Under the pieces are notes generated by a model. That model was not told the origin of the DNA. It did not search any database and saw nothing but the letters and a program-made list of their open reading frames with translations. A DNA stretch of 33,344 nt. It comes from Octopus bimaculoides. Taxonomy: Eukaryota. Positions 11,681 to 23,803 of this stretch are shown here, one piece after another (position 1 is the stretch's first letter; every line of letters begins with the position of its first letter). The translations under genes and the position numbers were made by a program. The stretch is from contig NC_068994.1 of NCBI RefSeq assembly GCF_001194135.2, positions 37,393,695 to 37,427,038 of the forward strand, read 5' to 3'.

Positions 11681-12822
11681 AAACCTTCACACTGCAGTGA
11701 AGTCAATTATTTTCCCTGCAAGGCAAAAAGGTCGTTAAAATAATGCTAGGAAATTAAGTAGAACAATAAAAGTAAAATTTCCTTCTCAAATGATACAGTT
11801 TGTAGGCATATTATTTTAATTGTTGGCTAACATTGAGTAAAATGTATGCTGGGATAAACGTCAACATTCAAATTTTGCTTTGAAAGTTGATGAGTCAATA
11901 GACATTGCCAATAAAGTGCTATTGGTAATCATTTGTTTTATTGATGGAGATCAAATAGGAGTCTGTTTGTTTATTTATTTGTTATTGGCAAAGTTGTGGC
12001 TGTGTGGTTATGAAACTTATTGCCAATAATGTGACCTTAGGTTTAGTTTGTGGTACTTTGTGGTACCTTGAGCAAGTGTCTTCTACCATAGCACCAGTCT
12101 GACCAAAGCCTTGTGAGTGGATTCAATTGAGAGAACATGAAAGAAGCATTTGTGTGTGTGTGTGTGCACGTTTGTGTGTGCACATGTGTGTGTGGGTGCA
12201 TTGTGTATATCTGTGTATGTGAGTTTGTGAACATTTGTATGAGTGCCTGTGAGTGAATATGTGTGTGTGTGTGTGTGTTTGTGCATACGTATGTGTGTGC
12301 ATACGTATGTGTGTGCATGTGTTTGTGCATATGTATGTGTGTGTCTGTGTGTGTGCATGCACATGTGTGTGTATGTATGTGTGCATGTGTATGTTTGTGT
12401 GTACCTCTGTCTTGACATTGCATGATGGTTGTAAACAAGCATCACCATCATACAAGCGTTGTTGTTCATTTCCTGTTTTCTATGGAAAACATGTATGGCC
12501 ATGGAGCAGTGTCACCTTGCTTTGGAATCCTGTCTCAATAAATATTGTCTGATTCATGTAAACATGGAAAAAGCTGATGTTAAATGATGATCATGATGAT
12601 TTTATAAAGAAATACACGGTACAAGAGGTGATGACATATATCTTAAATAATTACCATAGGAAATAGGAATTACTATGGAAGTTTCTTAGTAGTATGTATA
12701 ATGAAGGAGCTCCTTCAATTGAGGGCTGTATCAAAGGACTTATAGCACTCTCAAAGAAGCAGAGATCCAGATATTGTTACAATCTATTTCATAGAAAGGT
12801 CTTGATTGCAGAAAAACTTTGA
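11681..12822 (+). pseudogene. hAT (Buster/Charlie, ZBED5/FAM200-like) transposase fossil split by a SINE
   Basis: HTAVKSIIFPA, VVKIMLG, SNDTVCRHI, FALKVDESIDIANKVLLVIICFIDGDQI (11874-11960); resumes at about 12610 with ELLWKFLSSMYNEGAPSIEGCIKGLIALSKK...LFHRKVLIAEKL. Confidence 0.8.
11990..12602 (+). mobile_element. Family A head with RTE-like tail and expanded (TG)n, inserted in the hAT fossil
   Basis: Head gttgtggctgtgtggttatg; tail atggaaaaagctgatgttaaatgatgat. Confidence 0.75.
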
Positions 12823-13204
12823 GAACTGGACTGAATCATTTTTTAACATCAACATTTTGAAATGATTGGTTCTTCTAGATTAGGCAGAAAGTAATTTAGC
12901 TGTTTAGTTCTCTTAACTATATATCTTTTATTAGTTGTTTCAATCACAAGGTTGTGATCATGCGGGGCCACTGTCTTGAAGGGTTTAGTCACATAGATTA
13001 ACCCCCCAAAATCTATTCTTTTAAAATCTGGTACTTACTTCATTGCTGAACTCCTAAGTTATGAGGATGTAAACCAGCACTGGTTATCAGGCAGTAATAA
13101 TACTGGAGCAACCAGAAGCATGAACACATAGCACAAACTCGCATATGCTCAAAAATATACACATAAATATACATGCACATACACTCAAATATACATACAT
13201 ACTT

Positions 13205-13313
13205 GCTTGCATACATATTTATATGATATGAATTTATATAAATACATCCTTGTATGCATACATATTTATATGATATGAATCTAAATATATACATATATGA
13301 ATTTATGATATGA

Positions 13314-13320
<7 letters not shown>
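13205..13320. repeat. Short minisatellite (atttatatgatatgaat units)
   Basis: About three imperfect copies. Confidence 0.7.
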
Positions 13321-13350
<30 letters not shown>

Positions 13351-13355
13351 TTCAG

Positions 13356-13421
13356 AATGATGCAGACGCCTCTGATGAATACCCAATAAGGTTTGAAAAT
13401 CAATTTAGGTTGTTTGTCATT
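13356..13421 (+). ncRNA. Degenerate type I hammerhead-like motif (H2)
   Basis: CTGATGA (13372-13378), stem II atacc-caataa-ggttt, GAAA (13395-13398), at-ca-at-TT, stem I aatgatgcagacgcct / aggttgtttgtcatt. Confidence 0.4.
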
Positions 13422-13475
13422 TTTTCAATCTGTGGAGAAATGGCTAAAATTTGCCATTTATAATTATATCATATG

Positions 13476-13510
<35 letters not shown>

Positions 13511-14132
13511 TGAGCTGGCTTTCATGCAGTGGGATTGAACCAGGAACTAAGTAGTTGTAAATCAAGCTACTTAACCATGTAACTAGCTACACACACACAC
13601 ACACACACAAACTTCTATATTTTGAATCTGCAAGTCAATATATTCTTGTAACTTATATCTAGAAATGTATGTGCATACATGTATGTATGTATGTATGTAT
13701 GTATGTGTGTGTGTGTGTGTATGTATGTGTGTATGTATGTTATCCAATTATACATACACACACGTTCACATATGTATATATCTACATACATGCACATTCT
13801 AAACACACACACATGCACACACATGCATAGACCATGCACACACAGAAGTACGTAAAGATTGCATGTAGATATAAATTGCTATATTGTAGGATAGGTATAA
13901 TTATATGCAATGTAGATTATTTGGCACTTTCAATTCTTTCCTTTTCTTCTTCATTCCTGTTTACATATATTCTTTCACATTTAATGCACATGCATATGTG
14001 TATGTGTGTACATATAGACAAATATGTTTATTTATTTGCGTATATATGGATGTGTGTGAATCTCTGTCTATCTCTCTCCCTCTCTTTCTCTTTCTCTATG
14101 TGTGTGTATATGTATATATANNNNNNNNNNNN

Positions 14133-14176
<44 letters not shown>

Positions 14177-14729
14177 AATGCATACATATGTTTAAATACA
14201 TATATGCATATATAAATATATTATATACTTTTGTATGTATGTACATTCATATATATTCACACATACTTATGCATTTACATACATACATACACACAATTAT
14301 TTACTTATTTATATTCACATGTCCACATTTTTCAACACAGTTCAAACCTATATAAGAATATACCAGAGCAAAGTATAAGAGGTTTGGTGCCAATTCAACT
14401 GATGGAAATCAATCTACGTTTGTTGCTTAATCATTTTATACAAACTGACATGCATCACTGTTGAGTTGATCCAACACTGATTAGCGTCTCACAAGTTATT
14501 CAATATAGTGAAAATAGTTTTATTTCTCTTAGCAATAAGCAGATTATCTCCCTTTCAGCTGGTTAGCGGCGTTACACTTCAAAAAATCATACACATCAAT
14601 CGCTCAGTCATTTTAACGTAGTAGAGCAGTGTATCACACTCTAGATTCCTCTTGAAAACTGGACACTGTAGATCTCTCTCCCTTTCCTTCCCTTCTCTCC
14701 CTGTCTGCCTCTGTGTGTGTGTGTGTGTG

Positions 14730-15095
14730 TTTATACTCTTTACTCCCTTACTTGTTTCAGTCATTTGACCGCGGCCATGCTGGAGCACCGCCTTTAGTCG
14801 AGAAAATCGACCCCAGAACTTATTCTTTGTAAGTCTAGTACTTATTCTGTCGGTCTCTTTTGCCGAACCGGTTGTCAAGCGACGTTGGGGGGACAAACAC
14901 ACAAACACACACATATACATATATATATATACATATATACAACGGGCTTCTTTCAGTTTCCGTCTACCAAATCCACTCACAAGGCTTTGGTCGGCCCGAG
15001 GCTATAGTAGAAGACACTTGCCCAAGGTGCCACGCAGTAGGACTGAACCCGGAACCATGTGGTTGGTAAGCAAGCTACTTACCACACAGACACTC
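14730..15095 (-). mobile_element. Family A SINE, young
   Basis: CpG-retaining near-consensus copy. Confidence 0.9.
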
Positions 15096-15224
15096 ATATG
15101 CAACAATTAGTTGGTTGTCATATATTTATAGATAAATTCCTCTATTTTACATAATATCAAAGTCTCATTCATTCTTTTGTTGTCATATTATCATTATTAA
15201 TATATATGTATATATGCGAGACCA

Positions 15225-15350
15225 AGTATAGTCCACTCTGCTGAGTGGGTGGTGTTAGGAAGGGCATCCAGTTGTAAAAATCCTGCCAAAACAGTCACAC
15301 AAGTCTGGTGTAGGCTTCTGCCTGACCGGCTCTTTTGAAACCATCCTACC
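15225..15350 (+). mobile_element. RTE-like tail fragment
   Basis: tggtgttaggaagggcatccagttgtaaaaatcctgcc. Confidence 0.65.
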
Positions 15351-15351
15351 C

Positions 15352-15495
15352 AGGAAGTGAAAAAGTCTTTAACGTTTCGAGCCTACGCTCTTCCACAGAT
15401 AGGAATACAGAAAGAAACAAGGAGAGAAAAAAAGAATGTGTAGTGGCTAGCGATCTATCATGGCGAATGCTGGACAGAAGAGTCACACAGGAGAG
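15352..15495 (-). mobile_element. Possible Penelope-like terminal fragment with a broken hammerhead core (H3)
   Basis: Minus strand reads CTGTGGA-A-GAGC-gtag-GCTC-GAAA-CGTT (15371-15398). Confidence 0.4.
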
Positions 15496-15824
15496 CTAGG
15501 GAGAAGGGGAGATAATAAAGTAGTGGTGATCCCAAAACAATGGTGCGTGTGCGTGTGTGGAAGAGGGCTGGTGATCTTGACATGTGTGTATGTGTNNNNN
15601 NNNNNNNNNNNNNNNNNNNNNNNNNNNNNNNNNNNNNNNNNNNNNNNNGTGATGTGATGTGTTGTGTGGTATGATGGTGTAGTGGCGTGTGGTGTGATTG
15701 TGTTGGGAGGTGGGAAAAGCAAGGGTGGGATGTGGGTAGGCAGAGGGTGGGGGTAGAGGTCGGGTATGTGGGAGTGGGTGTAAGGAATGGGGTAGGGTGG
15801 GATGGGAAGGATAGGGAAGGTACG

Positions 15825-15995
15825 CATACATATGATGGGATTCTTTCAGTTTCCAACTACCAAATTGACTCAAGAGGTTTTGGTCAGTCCAGGGTTTGTA
15901 TAGCAGAAGACACATGCCCAAGGTGCTACGTAATGAAATTGAACTCAAAACCATGTAGTTGGTAAGCAAACTTCTTACCACACAGCTATGCCTGC
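15825..15995 (-). mobile_element. Family A SINE 5' half
   Basis: ttctttcagtttcc...cttaccacacagctatgcctgc. Confidence 0.8.
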
Positions 15996-16499
15996 ATTTT
16001 AAGTATTTACATACTCATAACTATACACAGACATATCTCAAAACTGATGTTTCTCTTTTAAAATTCACTACGTAGATTAATAAATCATCTCTTTCTTTCT
16101 CTTTCTCGGTCTGTCTGTGTATTTATGCGTGTGATTTTATGTATCTCTGCATAAGAGAGAGAGAGACAGATATAGTGAGGGAGAGAGAAAGAGAGAGGGA
16201 TATAGTAAGAGAGAAAGACTGAGAGAGTGGGGAACGAGAGAGAGAGAGAGAGTGAAAGTGTCTGTTTGTGCGTGAGTATGTGTGTACCCAATTTAATTAA
16301 CTTGTTTTCCTAAATGATAACGAAAAAAAATTGTAGTGTTTTGAATTTAGTGCACTTTAAATGTAATAATGTTGCAGACAAAGTATATAAGAACCATTAT
16401 AATTCTTGATTTATTTCAGGTCAATGAAATCAATACAATTTATTGGTTGACCTTTCTTAAATGGAAGTATCCATTAATGCATAATTATCTCTGGACATT

Positions 16500-16715
16500 T
16501 GGGAAATAATGATTTCAAATTTTGGCACAAGGCCAGCAATTTCGAGGGAGGGGATAAATTGATTACATCTATCCCAGTGTTTAACTGGTATTTATTTTAT
16601 CAACCCCCAAAAGAACGACGGGCAAAGTTGACCCCAGCATCATTTGAACCCACAACATAAAAGACAGACAGAACAATGCTGAGTATTTTGCCTGATGAGC
16701 TAATGGTCTGCTTGC
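16500..16715 (-). mobile_element. Family B SINE, degenerate
   Basis: actggtattttattttatcaacccc...ggcaaagttgacc central domain. Confidence 0.7.
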
Positions 16716-16724
16716 TCTTTCTCT

Positions 16725-17005
16725 TTTTTTACTCTTTAGCTTGTTTCAGTCATTTGACTGCGGCCATGCTGGAGCACCACCTTTAGTCAAGCAAATCGAC
16801 CCCAGGACTTATTCTTTGGATGCCTAGTACTTATTCTATCGGTCTCTTTTGCCGAACCGTAAACACACCACCAAAGCTTCAGTTTCTGACTACCAAATCC
16901 ACTCACAAGGCTTTGGTTAGCCTGAGGCTATGGCAGAAGACACTTGCCCAAGGTCTCATGCAGTGGGAACCATGTGCTTGAGAGGCAAGCTTCTTTCCGC
17001 ACACT
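16725..17005 (-). mobile_element. Family A SINE with internal deletions
   Basis: Tail and body near consensus; the microsatellite middle is missing. Confidence 0.85.
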
Positions 17006-17724
17006 CCCGCTTCATCCTCTTCTCCTAAATTTCTGGCCTTTTGCTTATGTTAGAAACAACTATTAACAAAGTAAGAGAAGATAAATGGTTTCTAGTGGGA
17101 ATCAGAGGAAAAAGTTCCTTATTCATCCATCCATTTTCTCCTCCTGCAATTCCTGGGAAGATTGGGGGGTTTACAATCCTTAGGCACCTCCTGCATAGGA
17201 TCCAATTGGGAGGAACTTCATTACAACTTCCAACTGGATTCCCAATCTTGACCAACTGAGATTATGGATATTATCTAACTATATTATTCTTAATCTATTC
17301 CTAGGTTAGCTGAGCTTGAAGTAATCATCTTGTGGTTCTTTTCAATGCCATTCTAATCACAGGACCATTGTAGCAAAGCTGTGACCTCTCCATCTGGAGA
17401 AGTAGTTGTTAGATCTGGAAAGACTCCTTGAGCTCTGAGATTTTTATTTATCTATTCATTCATCTATTTATTTACAAGTTGTTGATGGAGGAGGAAGGGC
17501 ATGTTTCATGGCCCTTTTTCAGGATCTCTGAGGCAAGTTGAAGGAAGGGAGGAAGTTATCCTCAGACCAGAGCTTTAATCTAAATGTTTGTCATGAAATG
17601 GAGATTGCTAAGCCTGTAAGTGTCAGATGGTAATGTCAAACAGGCAATGTATTTAAGGTTATCCATGAATAAAATTATTCACTCCACTGGGCTTCCTTAC
17701 AGTTTCAGGCTACCATTTTGTTGC

Positions 17725-18300
17725 TTTTTATCATTTACTTGTTTTAGTCATTAACCCAGAGCTAAACTGGAGCACTGCTTTGATTGGTTTAATCTAGCAA
17801 ATCTACCCTAATACTTAATTTTAAGTCTGGTGCTTATTCTAGCTATCGCTTTGGCCAAACTGCTAAGTTGCAGAGACATAAACAAATTGGCCTTGGTTTC
17901 TTAATGTCAAGTAGCGGTGGTTAACAAACAAGTACAAACACATACACGCATGCACGCGCTCGTGCGCACAGACACACACACACACACACATGACGGGCTT
18001 CCATACAGTTTCTTATTTCTTTATTACCCACAAGGGGCTAAACATAGACGGGACTAAACATAGAGGGGACAAACAAGGACAGACAAAGGGATTAAGTCGA
18101 TTACATTGACCCCAGTGCATAACTGGTACTTAATTTATCGACCCCGAAAGGATGAAAGGCAAAGTCAGCCTCGGTGGAATTTGAACTCAGAACGTAGCAG
18201 CAGACGAAATACCGCTAAGCATTTCGCCTGACGTACTAACGTTTCTGCAGCTCGCCGGCTTCCATATAGTTTCTGCCAACCAAATTCACTCACAAGACTA
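17725..18300 (-). mobile_element. Old family A SINE interrupted by a young family B SINE (18014-18256)
   Basis: 18-bp TSD ggcttccata(c/t)agtttct at 17996-18013 and 18257-18274. Confidence 0.9.
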
Positions 18301-19254
18301 ACTAAGACTGCAGATGTCATCCAACCATCTTATTCTTGGTCTATCCCTTGGTCTCCTGTTGAATAGCTTGGCTTGAAGAATCTATCTCGTGAATCTTTCC
18401 TTTAACGTTCTAACCACATGTCCATTGTAATAAGTTGTGATTGACTTACAGTGTCTTTAAAGTATCTTAGATGCAAATGGAATTATAGGGAATTAATAAA
18501 TTTAAGCTTCAGTCAAGAACTGGGGGTTGGTTTAAAATACTTATAAAGCACCTTAGATTTGAAGAGAATTATAATATAGGACTTATAAGTAATGTACTCA
18601 CTAATTAGTTAATTATTGAGGTTGATTTAATCATCACCTTCATTCATTATTTCCTAAAATAAGGATTCCTTGTGCCTACGATAAAAATTCTTAAAGTATG
18701 GGGTTGTGTGTGTGTGTATTTGTGAAAGAGGATATGGTATGCATAGTTCTTTAGTCCTTTTGTCTATCTTATCCATCATGGTGAAGGTGGAGTACATCTC
18801 TTCATGTATATTTTTTAATGCTAAAGTCAAAACAGAATGGGGCAAACCCTATGACCTTCTTGTCAACTCTCTGAGACTGGCTGGCAGAAAGGAAGGATCA
18901 AGGATCACATCAATTACTTTCTAATAAGGATCTTCACTTAACAGATTCTAGTGAAGTCTCCAAAATGTCAGGTAGTGCAGTGATGTTTATGGGAGTGGAA
19001 CTCTTAGGTCTGCTGTATAAATTTGTATAGGGGCCAAGAAAAAGGGCAGGGGCAGGCAAACTCAAGAGCCACTTTAGGTAGCACACACTTGAGTTACATC
19101 AATGGTTGAGTCCCAGGTCAGCTCTGACCAGAGACTGGCTTGTGATGATCAAAGGCATTGCAGCAAAGACTGTCTAATGTGTCCTTTCCTTTCTCAAAAT
19201 TATCAAGTAGGATTTCTGAAACTATGGTAAATTTACCTTCAGCTAAATTTCCAG

Positions 19255-19420
19255 GGATGTAAACAAACCTACACACAGTTTCCATCTACCAAATTCATCC
19301 ACAAGGCACTGGTTGGCCTAGGGCTATAATAGAAGACACTTGACCTGGTTTCAGGTGTAGTGGGACTGAACCTGAATCCACATGGTTGCAAAGTTAGCTT
19401 CTTAACCTCATAGTCATATC
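19255..19420 (-). mobile_element. Family A SINE 5' half
   Basis: acagtttccatctaccaaattc...cttcttaacctcatagtc. Confidence 0.75.
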
Positions 19421-19464
19421 TGCATGCATACTCGAGGAAGAATAATACATAATTTGAAAACTAG

Positions 19465-19650
19465 TAGTCCTGCGTTGGTGGTACATAAAAGGCATCCAGT
19501 ACACTCTGTAAACTGGTTGGTGTTTGGAAGGACATCCAGCCATAGAAACCATGCCACAACAGATAATTAGAGTCTGGACAGCTCCCCAGTTGGCTGGCTC
19601 CTGTCAAGCTGTCCAACCCATGCCAATGAATGTTAACCAATGATGATGAT
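19465..19650 (+). mobile_element. RTE-like 3' tail fragment
   Basis: ggaaggacatccagccatagaaacc...gtccaacccatgcc...gatgatgat. Confidence 0.75.
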
Positions 19651-19840
19651 GGTGGAGAAATTTGTGGAACAGTCGCTGTTGTTTTGCCCCAGTCAACCTT
19701 GTCAACCTTGATTAAGTACATCAATGATAAACGAAATTCCAGTCATGATAAAGTTATTAAGTGCTACATAATCTGTTATGCCCTTACTCTTATGAGGATG
19801 GTAAGGAGTGATTTGTTGTAAATTTGGCTTTTATATCTAG

Positions 19841-21020
19841 CATGTCAAACGACCACATAGACGCTCGCTCTTGTTTGAGGAAATACAAAAGATGAGTGAG
19901 ACATTTCGTTGGGTAAATGGTAAATATACAAATTGTACCGTCACTCCAAACGTAAACTACATACGACTAGAACCCCTAAGGTCTCTACAATTACTAAGTT
20001 CGACCATCGTTGATGATATGCCGGGGTAATCAAACATCCTTAACATAGCAAAGCTGCTTAGCTTTCGTTTTCAGAGACGAGAAGGTTAAAAAAAGAAAAA
20101 AGGAAGCAATGAGTTGTGTCCCTTCCATGTAAAAGTAACTTAGCAGTTTGATATTCGATATGGATGGAATGAACACAAGATTGAACTGGTTAAGTCAGTA
20201 TCATTTCCTAAAACCATTGGGGTCAGAGCCACGATCTAATCACTTATACCAGTAGCAGACTAACTGGTACGTGCGTGCGTGTATTTGTGTATGTGTGTAT
20301 GAGTGTGTGTGCGCACGTATACATATATGTACACATGTATATCACCCACACGCATACACATGTAGATATACACACGCTATAGAAATGCGTATACACATAT
20401 ATATACTTGCATAGATGCATTCATGTAAAAAGACATACTCGCACGGAATACTCATATACTTAAATGCACGCATGTGTGTGTGTGTGTGTGTGTGCAAGCG
20501 CGCTTGAATAATCTTCCTTGCATCGTTCCAATTTTAGTATATGTATTGCCGAAGCTTGAATAATCGTGGCTTGCCATCACACCGTATCACAATCAATACC
20601 AACACACGCACACAGAGCATTCGCTCAGAAATTGCAATAGTTAACATGACCATATCTTGTTTTATTCAGTCGGGTCTGTTTGACTTCTTCAGTCATGGTG
20701 CAAGGTACATAACTCTTGTAATCTTGGTTAACATAAATATTCGAAACAGTTGAACATATTTCAAGTAGATTTCACTCGAATTAAACTGGGCTGAACGTTG
20801 GTATAGTTTTCTCTTATTTGTGGGATAACATATATATATATAATTATTGACATATACGATTACATGCATTTGCATACGTAGTTTGCTTCCGAAGCGCCCA
20901 GTTTCGGGTTCAGTTCCTCTGCATGACACCATGGGCTAGCGTCTTCTTGTATAGGCTCGGGCTGATCAAAGCCTTGTGAGTGAACTTGGTTGACAGAAAT
21001 TGAAAGAAGCCCGTCGTATA
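19841..21020. promoter_or_regulatory. CpG-retaining island, possible unmethylated regulatory region
   Basis: 17 CpG in 19841-20280 and 10 in 20521-20820, against 1 each in 5221-5700 and 18421-18900 (hand counts). Function is inferred. Confidence 0.4.
20870..21020 (+). mobile_element. Family A SINE 5' half, diverged but CpG-rich
   Basis: tagtttgcttccgaagcgcccagtttcgggttcag...gaaagaagcccgtcgta. Confidence 0.8.
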
Positions 21021-21162
21021 TATGTACATTAATCAGTTATTTATTATTTTTTTTCAATATTTCCTGTCAATAAAGAAAACGTCAGGGATCCTACCAGTAT
21101 TTGAAGTTTCAAACTGTTTAGTTAAAAAAAATTAATTTAAAAATCTGTGATTGAGATGGAAT

Positions 21163-21319
21163 CATCATCATCATCATCATCGACGCTTAACGTCCGCTTT
21201 CCATGCTGGCATGGGTTGGACGGTTTGACTAAGGGCTGGCGAGCCAGAAGGCTCCAATCTGATCTGGCAAAGTTTTTACAGCTGGATGCCCTTCCTAATG
21301 CCAACCACTCTGAGATCCA
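21163..21319 (-). mobile_element. 5'-truncated RTE-tail insertion with a 24-bp TSD
   Basis: aaaaatctgtgattgagatggaat at 21139-21162 and 21320-21343; (GAT)n tail. Confidence 0.9.
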
Positions 21320-21559
21320 AAAAATCTGTGATTGAGATGGAATAGATCCATAGATCCAGAGTTAGTTTCTGACCTAGATCCAAGCCTCCTTCATTAGTAT
21401 TTAAACATCAACAGGTTATTTTTCTATGTATATATGTATGTATATGTGCAGATTTGTATGTTTTGTTTTATGTATTTTCATGCATAGAGTTATGTATGTA
21501 TGTATGTATGTATGCATGTATGTATGTATATGTGTGAAAGAAAGAGAGAGTGTGTGTGT

Positions 21560-21800
21560 TGAGCATCTGGTTGTAGAATATCTGCCTCAACAAAATACTA
21601 ACTGATCTATGCTAGCATGGAAAAATGAACATAAAATGATGACAATAAGATGACACACACACGTACACACACACACAAACACACACACGTGCGCACACAC
21701 AGACACACGCACACACACACACACATACACACACACCTACACACACAAGCATACGCACAAACACTCACACATACACACACTCACACACACACATGTACAT
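21560..21800 (+). repeat. RTE-like tail remnant followed by (CA)n
   Basis: atctggttgtagaatatctgcctcaac...gcatggaaaaatgaacataaaatgatga. Confidence 0.65.
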
Positions 21801-22018
21801 GCATGCAAATGGAATATGGATCCAGTTAAATTTCTCCCAACTGTTTAAACTATTTCAAATTTCGACCAAAATTTTCTCCAGATATTTTACTTTGATAAAG
21901 TTCTGTATGCTGATGACAGAAATCTCATTCACTTTTTCTAGCAGTGGATAATAAAAAAAAGTTACAAACATTTAAAATTATGTAATTTTAGCCAATCAAA
22001 AGCTATCATTGCTGACGT

Positions 22019-22179
22019 AGGCACAGGAGTGGCTGTGTGGTAAGTAGCTTGCTTACCAACCACATGGTTCCGGGTTCAGTGTCTTCTGGGCAAGTGTCTT
22101 CTACTATAGCCTCGGGCCGACCAAAGCCTTGTGAGTGGATTTGGTAGACGGAAACTGAAAGAAGCCCGTCGTATGTATG

Positions 22180-22246
<67 letters not shown>

Positions 22247-22445
22247 GTGTTTGTGTGTTTGTGTGTCTTGACAACCGATGCTGGTGTGTTTACATCCCCG
22301 TAACTTAGCGGTTCGGCAATAAGAGACCGATAGCATAAGTACTAGGCTTACAAAGAATAAGTCCTGGGGTCGATTTGCTCGACTAAAGGCGGTGCTCCAG
22401 CATGGCCACAGTCAAATGACTGAAACAAGTAATAAAAGAGTAATA
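22019..22445 (+). mobile_element. Family A SINE, young, full length
   Basis: Near consensus; the segment after the B-box is replaced by a short copy of gtcttct. Confidence 0.92.
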
Positions 22446-22784
22446 CAAAAAGTGTGTTTCTATGAAAACAACACGGACAGCTGTGAAGATGAGACCTTTA
22501 TGTAGGTTCTCAATCTGCTACAAATAGCAGCTGAATCTTCTTTAAACAATGCACTATCATGAAATAAATCAAAAAGACAGAAACATTGTACTGCAGCACT
22601 GTTTATTTCCTTACTTGAGGCAGGCCCAAGTGCTTTACACTTACTGAATGTTATTAATATTTAAATTATAGTCAGTCTCCACAGATGTAATCTTTTAAAC
22701 TATCAGATGGCCCTTAGAACATTTACTGGGACTTGCAGATTTATATTAAATGTAATTTCTCTTATGATAAAACTGTGAGCAAAC

Positions 22785-22908
22785 AGGTGCAAGTGTGGCT
22801 GTGTGCTAAGAAGCTTGCTTTCCAACCACATGTCTCTGGGTTCATCCCCACTGCATGAATCCCTGTCTTCTGTTGATTCGGTTGATGGAAACTGAAAGAA
22901 GCCTGTCT

Positions 22909-22958
<50 letters not shown>

Positions 22959-23100
22959 TATATATCTTTGCATGTATGTTTTTGTGTTTGTGTTATGTCC
23001 CTATAACTTAATGGTTTGTCAAAAGAGACTGTAACCTCAGGCCAACCAAAGCATTTTAAGTGGATTTGGTATACAGACACTGAAAGAAGCCTACCATATA
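22785..23100 (+). mobile_element. Rearranged family A SINE (head, deleted CORE, then restart at the CORE)
   Basis: ctgaaagaagcct occurs twice, near 22890 and 23080. Confidence 0.7.
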
Positions 23101-23713
23101 CATGTGTGTGTGTGTGTCTGTGTCTGTGTCTGTGTTTATGCCATTTCTCTCAGGGCGATTACACTCTGGATTCTATCTGCCTTTGTTCAACATTGGATTT
23201 TAGGTATATATTTTACCATGGGCTCTAGTTGTCTATATCTTTTATATGCTTATATACCTTTTGACATGTATGTGTGTGTATATGTATTCGCACACATAGA
23301 TACATGCACACACATAAATACACGCACACACACACACACACGTATGTGTATGCATGTTTGTGTTTTCTTATCAAACATATAACATAGATGAAGTTATAAA
23401 ATGAATTAACTACTAAAATTACATTAGACATTAGGAACATCAATTTGAGAAGAAAAGAGAAACAGGATTATGCACATATATGTATGACGTGCATATATGC
23501 ATGTATATATGCACAGGTATGCATATGTATATGCACACATGTGGGTCCATGTGTGAGTGTGTACTTATCTATGCATATGCCTGAACATATGTGTATATTT
23601 ATGTGCATGGGTATGTCTGCGTGTGTGTTAATATGTGCATGTTTATGTAACAAGTAAAGACCTCTTTCAGTCATGAATGACCATGGAATTGTACCAAGAG
23701 AGTTATTTCTTAC

Positions 23714-23803
23714 ATACTAAATTCCAGAAATGGAAAAAGACAACTGATGTACGTCTTCATTGGCCAACAATTAATCCAATCCTTAAGAAAGTATGGTGGT
23801 AGT
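23714..23803 (-). CDS. Candidate exon (90 nt, phase 2-2): LPPYFLKDWINCWPMKTYISCLFPFLEFS
   Basis: Acceptor ccttttccttacttaaaatttatttag|, donor |gtaaga, single open frame. Confidence 0.35.

Larger units (their letters stand above)
12925..13590 (-). mobile_element. Family A SINE fragments (body 12925-13120, head 13505-13590)
   Basis: Reverse-complement similarity to other family A copies. Confidence 0.55.

Noticed and set aside
18654-18845. ORF LKNIHEEMYSTFTMMDKIDKRTKELC
   Set aside because: No donor site, runs into (CA)n, and has no recognisable motif.
21906-21925. CTGATGA-ca-GAAA
   Set aside because: No stem II; it lies in what looks like a DNA-transposon fragment.
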